From a virus (lineage: Duplodnaviria > Caudoviricetes), in IMG/VR virus record IMGVR_UViG_3300012664_000280, positions 1 to 35,481 of that record: a stretch of 35,481 bases of DNA; one strand, written 5' to 3'. This document shows positions 9,952 to 16,324 of the stretch, in pieces. The notes under the pieces were generated by a model that was not told the origin of the DNA, ran no database searches, and was given only the letters and a program-made list of their open reading frames with translations. How positions within the stretch are numbered: the first letter of the stretch is position 1; each line of letters opens with the position of its first letter. A program made the position numbers and the translations under genes.

Positions 9952-10541
9952 CAGCAGAGCAGCTCATTGCATTAGGCATAGATCCTAAATGGCTAGAATG
10001 GCTCAATTACACCTTTAAGAAATATGAGATTGTTACCAATATCAGAAAAGCCCATTTCATAGGGCAGGCTGCGCATGAAAGCAACTGGTTTAAGCATTTA
10101 GAAGAAAATCTAAACTATAGCGCTAATGGCTTAATGTCAATTTGGGGATCTCGATTCCCTGATATGGCTATTGCACAGCAATATGCTAGAAATCCTCAGA
10201 AAATCGCTAATAAGGTATATGGCGGTAGATTTGGCAATACTGAAGAAGGGGATGGCTGGAAGTATCATGGCAGGGGAATTTTTCAGCTAACTTTTAAAGA
10301 TAACTATAAAAGATGCGGAGATGCCCTAGGAATTGATTTAACAGCTTCTCCTGAGCTTTTATTAATTGAGAAGTATGCTTGCCTATCTGCAGGCTGGTAT
10401 TGGAATAAGAAGGGTTTAAATGAGCTTGCTGATGCCAATGATTATGAAGGCATTACTAAGCGCATAAATGGCGGTATGACAGGCGCAATGGATCGGGTTT
10501 ACAAAACTAAGAAGGTGTATGAAGTTTTGACTACAGCTTGA
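9948..10541 (+). CDS. Endolysin, glycoside hydrolase family 19
   Basis: FIGQAAHES...LEENLNYS, GDGWKYHGRGIFQLTFKDNY, ITKRINGG. Confidence 0.92.
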   Translation: MTAEQLIALGIDPKWLEWLNYTFKKYEIVTNIRKAHFIGQAAHESNWFKHLEENLNYSANGLMSIWGSRFPDMAIAQQYARNPQKIANKVYGGRFGNTEEGDGWKYHGRGIFQLTFKDNYKRCGDALGIDLTASPELLLIEKYACLSAGWYWNKKGLNELADANDYEGITKRINGGMTGAMDRVYKTKKVYEVLTTA

Positions 10542-10962
10542 GAGTGCGGTAGATAACTCCATCATCCCATTTCTTATCCTGCTCCACCCTATACAGCTCT
10601 ATTATCTTCTCAGGATAAACCAGCTTTGGCGCTTGATCCTTAAAGCAAAAAGCATAGACTAGCGGAGCATCCTTGGAGCTATACCATTCCATAAATAGCG
10701 GAAGCATCTTTACTTCTTTTTCCTTGAAATTGGCTGTGCCTTTTACTGCTACTACAAAAGTAGTATTACCAGTATCTACAATATAGTCAGGAAGATTCCT
10801 AACCATTGCATTAAGCCTAAAGAAGTTGGTGATTGTGCCATTCTTCTCATCTGATCCTAAGCGCCAATATTTGTAGCCTTTGCTTACACAATATCTCTCA
10901 AATAGGATCTCTCCCCAATTTACTGTAGATTGCCTTTCAGCATAAGTATTTGAGCCATTCAT
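10531..10962 (-). CDS. Hypothetical protein, possible PD-(D/E)XK nuclease fold
   Basis: GEILFE...LPDYIV...VAVKG spacing resembles restriction-like nucleases, but the third acidic residue is Ala. Confidence 0.55.
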   Translation of the reverse strand: MNGSNTYAERQSTVNWGEILFERYCVSKGYKYWRLGSDEKNGTITNFFRLNAMVRNLPDYIVDTGNTTFVVAVKGTANFKEKEVKMLPLFMEWYSSKDAPLVYAFCFKDQAPKLVYPEKIIELYRVEQDKKWDDGVIYRTLKL

Positions 10963-10964
10963 AA

Positions 10965-11027
10965 GTGCTGCCTTGATAGGTTCTTGGGCAGCGCAAGATG
11001 TGAAGGATAGAGCCTATCTCTCCCTTG
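10965..11027 (+). other. Intergenic structured element (hairpin with pseudoknot/alternative pairing)
   Basis: Stem 10965-10972/10987-10994; loop 10975-10984 complementary to 11009-11018. Confidence 0.4.
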
Positions 11028-11029
11028 TT

Positions 11030-11182
11030 TCATGGAGCTTGATCCGCTTCTTTTTGCGCCATTAGAAAAGGCTTTGATTGCTGGATTATCTCTAACTCAT
11101 CCATCATTGCCGATTCAATAGCTTCAATAGAATGCCCTTGGCGGAGCAGCTTAACTACAACTTCTGTAAATAGCGCCTGCAT
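11030..11182 (-). CDS. Small hypothetical protein, 50 aa (MQALFTEVVVKLLRQGHSIEAIE...)
   Basis: Hand-translated; starts 2 nt after the SSB-like stop. Confidence 0.65.
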   Translation of the reverse strand: MQALFTEVVVKLLRQGHSIEAIESAMMDELEIIQQSKPFLMAQKEADQAP

Positions 11183-11184
11183 GA

Positions 11185-11448
11185 TTAGAAAGGAATATCA
11201 TCTTCTAGGGATGAAGAAGCCTTTGGCATCTCATCATTACCCCTAGGAGTAAAGTTATCCTTTACCTTTGGCTCTGCTAGGCTTAACCATCCGTCAAAGC
11301 CTGATACTGGCAAAGATTCTAGTTTGATAGCTAATCCGCCTTGCTTAGTGTCCATACAGACACCAACTTTAAGCCATCTAGTTTTTTCTTCGCCATTCTT
11401 ATCTTTATAGCTGCCATTTTTGGTAATTACATCATATTTAATTGCCAT
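11185..11448 (-). CDS. Small single-stranded DNA-binding protein-like
   Basis: GSYKDKNGEEKTRW OB-like segment and acidic EDDIPF C-terminus; adjacent to exonuclease. Confidence 0.7.
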   Translation of the reverse strand: MAIKYDVITKNGSYKDKNGEEKTRWLKVGVCMDTKQGGLAIKLESLPVSGFDGWLSLAEPKVKDNFTPRGNDEMPKASSSLEDDIPF

Positions 11449-12094
11449 TTAGTTTCTTCCTTAATTGTGATAATTCTGCTTCTACTTCATTCAAAAACTG
11501 CTGCACTTCTGCTTCCATTGCCTTGATATATTCCTCATCCCTTTCAAGGCGCACTACAAAGAAATCTAACCCTTCAGGCATCCTAGGATCAAAAGATACA
11601 AAATCGCACCATTTTCGCCCTGTGCAAGCCATCTGAGCCATCATCTGTGGGATATATTTAGAAGGTGGTTTGCCATCATTTAAATATTTGATATGGGTTT
11701 TACTGTTAGGCGCTTTGATCTCTAGTAATCCTTCTGATCCTACTAATCCATCAGGACTAGCGCCAAACCATTCAATAGTAGGATGGTTTATAAATGGCAC
11801 TTCTTCTACAAATAGATTAAAGACAGTTTCATATTTGATTCTAGCTAAAGGCTCTTGCTCAGTTCCCCATGCCATAGCTGCATTAGTAAAGCTATCTGAT
11901 GGCTTATTAGTAAGCCTTTCTACAACTAAATCAGTTCGATAATCAGCTCTACCAGCAGCTTCCCCTGATTTAATCTTAGCCATTACATCAGCAACTCTAC
12001 TAGCAGTTACTTTGCCTAGTCTTAATTGTTTCCATTCATCTGATCCCTGCACCACTTGAGCTGAGATTCGATCTTCAGTTGTAAAAGTTGTAAT
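11438..12094 (-). CDS. YqaJ/lambda-exonuclease-like recombination nuclease (start uncertain: ATT 12094 or GTG 12055/12052)
   Basis: QGSDEWKQLRLGKVTAS, WGTEQEP, GASPDG, LEIKAP, YIPQMMAQM motifs. Confidence 0.9.
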   Translation of the reverse strand: MTTFTTEDRISAQVVQGSDEWKQLRLGKVTASRVADVMAKIKSGEAAGRADYRTDLVVERLTNKPSDSFTNAAMAWGTEQEPLARIKYETVFNLFVEEVPFINHPTIEWFGASPDGLVGSEGLLEIKAPNSKTHIKYLNDGKPPSKYIPQMMAQMACTGRKWCDFVSFDPRMPEGLDFFVVRLERDEEYIKAMEAEVQQFLNEVEAELSQLRKKLNGN

Positions 12095-12096
12095 TT

Positions 12097-12306
12097 TTAG
12101 CTCCCTTGTTTTACTTGTAGTAACTCTTGAAGTTGTTTACAAATATCGCTTGCTGCTCCAGCAGCTTTAATTGCATCATCCCAATGACCAGTAAGGCATA
12201 ACTTGTAAGTATTGTTAATTGCCAACTTTGCATCAAGATACAACTCAGAGTAATCAGATTCTTTCATTTCATTCCTTATCATCTTCGGGTAGTGGTTCAT
12301 AAGCAT
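12097..12306 (-). CDS. Hypothetical protein (likely start ATG 12267, MKESDYSELY)
   Basis: Continuous leftward operon; AAGGA upstream of the internal ATG. Confidence 0.6.
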   Translation of the reverse strand: MLMNHYPKMIRNEMKESDYSELYLDAKLAINNTYKLCLTGHWDDAIKAAGAASDICKQLQELLQVKQGS

Positions 12307-12475
12307 TGATCTGAATTAAATCAGGATCTTTGCCTTCTTCTATATATCTTCTTTGAAACTCATGGCTCAAGGCTTCAACTGCAGCTTGCCATCCAAGAGC
12401 AAAGAATTCTTGTGGATGATATACAGGCTTATTCAGCTTATTGAATGCTTCCAAGCAGAGTTTATTATGAATCAT
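12269..12475 (-). CDS. Hypothetical protein
   Basis: ATGA-coupled member of leftward operon. Confidence 0.6.
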   Translation of the reverse strand: MIHNKLCLEAFNKLNKPVYHPQEFFALGWQAAVEALSHEFQRRYIEEGKDPDLIQINAYEPLPEDDKE

Positions 12476-12675
12476 TTTCTTTTCAACTCATAAATTTGGG
12501 CTGGAAGAAGTTTTGTTGCAGCCTGCAAATCATCTACAGATTTATTGCACTTAGCTCTAAAATCCGCCCATTTCTTTTTATAAGATTCCTGCTCGCTTGG
12601 CGGAGTGTAGTTGTAGAGCTTGCGCCATCTAATAGTAATATCAGTTCCAGCTTTTGTATAAATATAGTCATTCAT
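12472..12675 (-). CDS. Hypothetical protein
   Basis: ATGA overlaps at both ends. Confidence 0.6.
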   Translation of the reverse strand: MNDYIYTKAGTDITIRWRKLYNYTPPSEQESYKKKWADFRAKCNKSVDDLQAATKLLPAQIYELKRK

Positions 12676-12857
12676 TTTTTATCCCATCCTTGTTTTAAGT
12701 AACCCCATTCACTTACATCTACTATTGCTCTTAGCTGCTTACATACATCACAAGTATCTATCCAAGTTCTACATTGATGATGCTTTGGTTTTTCATTGCC
12801 CCATAGCACTCCGCAATCATGGCAGATATTGTCAGGTTGGTTATCAGCTAGTCGCAT
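12672..12857 (-). CDS. Small zinc-ribbon-like protein
   Basis: CHDCG...CDVCK Cys pairs. Confidence 0.6.
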   Translation of the reverse strand: MRLADNQPDNICHDCGVLWGNEKPKHHQCRTWIDTCDVCKQLRAIVDVSEWGYLKQGWDKK

Positions 12858-13392
12858 TCAGTTCTACCTTTTTGCTCTCATATGCTTCTTGAAGTTTTTT
12901 GGCAAGACTTTTAAATTTCTTCAGTTCGGTATATCCTTCAGAGAAGGCAGTTCGCAACTCGGCAGGGCTAGAACTTGCCTGCAATTTCTCAATATAGCCT
13001 TCTAAGGCTTCTTCTAGATCATCCTCATCTTCCAAAGGTAGATCCTCATTTTGGTAGATATACAGAGCTAAACCATGCAGCGCTATTGATTTTGTCAAAG
13101 CCCTTTGCATAGCTGTATTAATCTGCATTGCATTAGGGTTAGCTATTGGCTTATTAAGATTGATAACTGGCATCTGTGCAGTCATTGTTTTACCAAAGGC
13201 TGTAACAGCGCAGAAAACCATCATAGTGCCATCAGGAAAAGTTACTGGTTCTTTGTATTCCCAAGTAGCTTGCGGATCTCTACTTAGCAGCTCATGGACT
13301 GCATAGCTCCAGCTTAGGTATTTAAAAGATTGTTTCTGCTTAACTCGATCAGATACATCTACTTTTGCTAATTCTAGAAATTGATTTGTCAT
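12844..13392 (-). CDS. Single-strand annealing protein, Sak3/DUF1071-like
   Basis: YLSWSYA, INTAMQRALTKSIALHGLALYIYQNEDLP; start reset to ATG 13392, which overlaps the upstream stop. Confidence 0.85.
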   Translation of the reverse strand: MTNQFLELAKVDVSDRVKQKQSFKYLSWSYAVHELLSRDPQATWEYKEPVTFPDGTMMVFCAVTAFGKTMTAQMPVINLNKPIANPNAMQINTAMQRALTKSIALHGLALYIYQNEDLPLEDEDDLEEALEGYIEKLQASSSPAELRTAFSEGYTELKKFKSLAKKLQEAYESKKVELNATS

Positions 13393-13691
13393 ATTAAAAA
13401 TCCGCCTTCTTCGGATAATTGTGCTTCTTCTAAAGATTTTTCTTCCCAATAGGTATAAACAGCAGCGCTAATGATTAATCCAATCTTAGCCTTATCATCT
13501 TTCTGTAGAGCTTCTTCTAGCGCATCACAATGCGGAACTAGGCAATCTTCAGTAATAGCTTCTATGAAGTTGTTGTAATCATCAGGATTATTTTCTTCTT
13601 TAAGAAGGCGAGCCTGTTCTTCATATATGCGATCTTGCTCATCCATTCCATCATCTGCTCCTGCCATTAACCAGCGATCATAGTTATCCAT
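13389..13691 (-). CDS. Acidic hypothetical protein
   Basis: 100-aa Asp/Glu-rich ORF in leftward operon. Confidence 0.65.
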   Translation of the reverse strand: MDNYDRWLMAGADDGMDEQDRIYEEQARLLKEENNPDDYNNFIEAITEDCLVPHCDALEEALQKDDKAKIGLIISAAVYTYWEEKSLEEAQLSEEGGFLI

Positions 13692-13764
13692 TTTTTTTCA
13701 TTGCCTTTCTAGCTTGTATTTCAATTTGTAAGATATGCCAAAAGATAGATTTGATTGGTTTCAT
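13684..13764 (-). CDS. Micro-protein, 26 aa (MKPIKSIFWHILQIEIQARKAMKKNG)
   Basis: Hand-translated; ATGA overlap upstream and overlaps the next start. Confidence 0.55.
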   Translation of the reverse strand: MKPIKSIFWHILQIEIQARKAMKKNG

Positions 13765-13850
13765 AGTGCGCCTACTTTCAGCGCATAAACTAGAGTAGGG
13801 ATGCCAAAGGCAATTAAGCCTAGGATGATGCCTTGTAGAAATTGTTTCAT
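13761..13850 (-). CDS. Single-TM micro-protein, 29 aa (MKQFLQGIILGLIAFGIPTLVYALKVGAL)
   Basis: Hand-translated; strong GAAAGGA RBS. Confidence 0.65.
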   Translation of the reverse strand: MKQFLQGIILGLIAFGIPTLVYALKVGAL

Positions 13851-13867
13851 TTTGTTTCCTTTCTTGT
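13845..13867 (-). repeat. 23-bp direct repeat copy 2 (RBS + ATG)
   Basis: ACAAGAAAGGAAACAAAATGAAA on the - strand, identical to 14059-14081. Confidence 0.92.
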
Positions 13868-14064
13868 TATTGATAGTAGTTATTAATTGCTTGGATTGCT
13901 TTATCTATTACAGATTGGCTTACTTTTCTTCCAGTAGGAGTTGAAAACTTAAAAGAAGTTGCATCTTTTTCAAGAATTGCAAAGCTGCTTGTTTTATCAA
14001 AAAAAGTTTTGCTGTATTCAGTTCCATCTTCTCTTGTGATATACCAAACTTTAGTAACTTTCAT
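13867..14064 (-). CDS. Hypothetical protein, first gene of leftward operon
   Basis: Strong RBS; no HTH or S24 motif recognised, so not a CI repressor. Confidence 0.7.
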   Translation of the reverse strand: MKVTKVWYITREDGTEYSKTFFDKTSSFAILEKDATSFKFSTPTGRKVSQSVIDKAIQAINNYYQ

Positions 14065-14081
14065 TTTGTTTCCTTTCTTGT
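14059..14081 (-). repeat. 23-bp direct repeat copy 1 (RBS + ATG)
   Basis: Identical to 13845-13867. Confidence 0.92.
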
Positions 14082-14215
14082 GTCGATGTAGAGAATATAC
14101 AGCAATTTGTAGAGAAATAAACAGTTTTGTAGAATATTTTTCTAAGGAAAACCCTAATATGGCATAACTACTTGAATCTACAAGAATTATTGTAGAATAG
14201 TAGAGAATTCACTAA
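14082..14215. promoter_or_regulatory. Divergent early promoter/operator region with TGTAGA boxes
   Basis: AT-rich gap between divergent operons; TGTAGA at 14087, 14108, 14128, 14191; palindrome TCTACAA-N6-TTGTAGA 14177-14196; leftward -10 TATATT at 14094-14099. Confidence 0.7.
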
Positions 14216-14224
14216 GGAGAGATC

Positions 14225-14422
14225 ATGGAATCAGCATCACAAACCCAATTTAGCAAGGGTGTAGCTACTTTTGGCTCTATCAAGAACTTTGCAGAAAAAA
14301 TTGGCTGCAAATATGTTTCTGTATATGCTTGGGGTATGAGGGGCGGTAAAGTGCCTAAAAAGCACCATAGCGCCATAATTGCTGCATCTGAAGGCAAACT
14401 CTCACAGGCAGATTTTGAGTAG
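14225..14422 (+). CDS. Cro-like HTH regulator
   Basis: FGSIKNFAEKIGCKYVSVYAW..RGGKVP...I..ASEGKLS pattern of the Cro/YdaS family; AAGGAG RBS. Confidence 0.82.
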   Translation: MESASQTQFSKGVATFGSIKNFAEKIGCKYVSVYAWGMRGGKVPKKHHSAIIAASEGKLSQADFE

Positions 14423-14726
14423 CTTAAATCAGCGCACAGTAGCCCTATTTACTGAAAGGGGCTATAGCTGCACAGTTGTTGAGAGCTACAACTCATTTAC
14501 TAGGCGGAAAAAGGATCTTTTTGGGATCTTTGATGTTTTAGCAGTTGGCAATGAAGAAACAGTAGGCATACAGATCACAAGCAAAAGCAATATGGCTGCT
14601 AGGATGCGCAAGATTCAGGAATCAGAGTATTTGCCTGAAATCATCCGATCAGGCTGGAGAGTTGTAGTAATTGGCTGGTTTAAAAAGCCTAATGGTAGGT
14701 ATGATTACAAAGAATTTGAATTCTGA
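14415..14726 (+). CDS. PD-(D/E)XK nuclease, Holliday-junction-resolvase-like
   Basis: ERGY...DLFGIFDVLAV...IQIT; probable TTG start at 14415 overlapping the cro stop. Confidence 0.65.
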   Translation: MSSLNQRTVALFTERGYSCTVVESYNSFTRRKKDLFGIFDVLAVGNEETVGIQITSKSNMAARMRKIQESEYLPEIIRSGWRVVVIGWFKKPNGRYDYKEFEF

Positions 14727-14728
14727 TA

Positions 14729-14734
14729 TATAAT
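14729..14734 (+). promoter_or_regulatory. Consensus -10 box upstream of the structured RNA
   Basis: Perfect TATAAT; -35 match weak. Confidence 0.5.
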
Positions 14735-14740
14735 TTTTAC

Positions 14741-14880
14741 TAGCAGAGTGGAATCTGCCTGTTACTTACCCTAGTAAAGAGCCTTTTGGGGCTGTCTTTG
14801 AGTGCTTACTAAAAGTTACTGGGGTCTTTTAATAAGCAATTCCATCTTAGAGATAGCTTTAAAGGGCTTTTTCTTTTTCT
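14741..14880 (+). ncRNA. c4/CI-like antisense RNA with upstream target sites
   Basis: 27-bp helix 14776-14802/14846-14872 (8 G-U, 0 mismatches); loop 14816-14825 complementary to 14768-14777; bulge 14839-14845 complementary to 14748-14754; U-tract follows. Confidence 0.7.
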
Positions 14881-14885
14881 GCAGG

Positions 14886-15082
14886 ATTTAGTTGGGGACA
14901 TGAAAACCACCAGCAACTAAATTACAAGCGCTACTGGGGGTTTAAAGGATGTAATAGCGCAAGATCGGTGGCGAAGCTAGTGCCGATTCCTTGAAAGACT
15001 GGCGGGTTAAGGCGATTCCGAGAAGGAAGAACTTATGAAGGTAAATCTAGGTTAAGGCTAGGTTTGCTCATCCTCAAAGGAA
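14886..15082 (+). other. Non-coding multi-hairpin region (structured RNA and/or replication origin)
   Basis: Five stems, several with G-U pairs on the + strand; GC-richer than flanks; no ORF longer than 60 aa. Confidence 0.5.
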
Positions 15083-15131
15083 GTAATAACTACTAATGCT
15101 TTTAATACTATAGTAGTTATATAATCTACTG

Positions 15132-15281
15132 ATGAAACCAAAGCCAAAAATGATTGAATGCCATTGTGGAATTCTTTTCGCATTGCTTGATTTCATTCAT
15201 TCTAGGAAAAGAGGTTACTGCTCTTACTCCTGCAGAAAAAAATCCATTCTTGCCAAGAAAAAATTGCGCATAAAAATCTAG
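15132..15281 (+). CDS. Small Cys-rich zinc-finger-like protein, 49 aa, probably leaderless
   Basis: Hand-translated MKPKPKMIECHCGILF...RGYCSYSCRKKS...; TATAAT 15120-15125 ends 6 nt before ATG; no SD. Confidence 0.6.
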   Translation: MKPKPKMIECHCGILFALLDFIHSRKRGYCSYSCRKKSILAKKKLRIKI

Positions 15282-15299
15282 GTGTAATCCACTAGAAAT

Positions 15300-15345
15300 A
15301 AACTCTACATAGTTCTACAAATATGCTTTATGATTGTAGAAGTTC
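15300..15345 (+). promoter_or_regulatory. Promoter with TCTACA/TGTAGA boxes
   Basis: TCTACA 15304 and 15314, TGTAGA 15335 flanking -10 TATGAT 15329-15334. Confidence 0.55.
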
Positions 15346-15363
15346 AACTGTGAAGGAGTAAAA

Positions 15364-15696
15364 ATGGAATCAAAACTTATTGCAATAATCCTAGTATTTT
15401 TTGCAGCAATCTTTACAACTCAGCAGGCTCAAGCAGAAGCTATTGCAATGATGCCAAATAAAGCAGGCGGTAAGATCATTCTTACAAATAATGCTTGTGT
15501 GCATAAAGGAAAAGACTACACAGCGCTAAGGCAGCTTTATATGTTTACTTCTGAAGGCTACACAATGGAAGGCTGCTATGGCATTGATGATGAAACAGTT
15601 TTAGCCATATGGAACAATGGTCAAAAGATGCGCTATCCAGCAGAAAACTTTACTTTAGTAAAAACACAAAAAGGCGCAAAGGGTTATGATCTATGA
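15364..15696 (+). CDS. Exported hypothetical protein
   Basis: Signal peptide ending AQA; two Cys; AAGGAG RBS. Confidence 0.7.
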   Translation: MESKLIAIILVFFAAIFTTQQAQAEAIAMMPNKAGGKIILTNNACVHKGKDYTALRQLYMFTSEGYTMEGCYGIDDETVLAIWNNGQKMRYPAENFTLVKTQKGAKGYDL

Positions 15697-15941
15697 TTTA
15701 TTTCATAGGCGCTTTTGTCTTATGGCAATTAGATGCAAGTGGATCTTGGTGGGCAGCTTACTTTGTAGTTATTGCAACTGAATTAGCATTAATCATTTAC
15801 AACTCATATAAAAAAGTAAAGGAATCTCCATCAGTTCTATTAAAAGCTAATGGGCAGCCTTACACTCAAGAAGATTTAGAATTTATTTGGAAGCATGGTT
15901 ATCAATCAGCATTAGAAGTTATCAACTCAACTAAACAATAG
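15693..15941 (+). CDS. Hypothetical membrane protein
   Basis: Hydrophobic N-terminal half; ATGA overlap. Confidence 0.6.
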   Translation: MIYFIGAFVLWQLDASGSWWAAYFVVIATELALIIYNSYKKVKESPSVLLKANGQPYTQEDLEFIWKHGYQSALEVINSTKQ

Positions 15942-15948
15942 GAACAAT

Positions 15949-16164
15949 ATGCAAACTATCAATCTACAAATTAGCCTTGTGCCTACAGCTCCAGCAGTTA
16001 AGCAAGTAAGCAAATCTTACAAATTAGGCTATGAGCTTGGTGAAATATTTAGACAGCATCAGAGAAAGAAAAAGGTAGAAAAGTTGCTACAGAAAGATTG
16101 GAGCAAAGATTACTCTGATCTAGATTATCCAACTGTATTCAGAAGGGAAAGAAAAAATGCTTGA
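15949..16164 (+). CDS. Hypothetical protein
   Basis: AGGA RBS; operon packing. Confidence 0.6.
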   Translation: MQTINLQISLVPTAPAVKQVSKSYKLGYELGEIFRQHQRKKKVEKLLQKDWSKDYSDLDYPTVFRRERKNA

Positions 16165-16324
16165 GCCTATTCCATTTTTAGGATGGTTTAACTGGTTTGA
16201 AGATTTACAGCCAATGAATGCTAATCAGGTAATGAAGTTGCATAAAGGATGGAGTGATCTGATTGGCGCTGGAGAGTTCGCATTAATTGTTAAAGAGATA
16301 GAGGAGCATCATGGAATCAAATAA
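16157..16324 (+). CDS. Small hypothetical protein, 55 aa (MLEPIPFLGWF...IEEHHGIK)
   Basis: Hand-translated; overlaps neighbours at both ends. Confidence 0.6.
   Translation: MLEPIPFLGWFNWFEDLQPMNANQVMKLHKGWSDLIGAGEFALIVKEIEEHHGIK

Noticed and set aside
13867-14064. CI repressor by position opposite cro
   Set aside because: 65 aa with no recognisable HTH or S24 peptidase domain
14741-15082. tRNA, tmRNA or simple terminator
   Set aside because: No T-loop GTTCRA or cloverleaf; the 27-bp helix with complementary loops exceeds what a plain terminator needs, though termination at 14868-14880 may be part of its function
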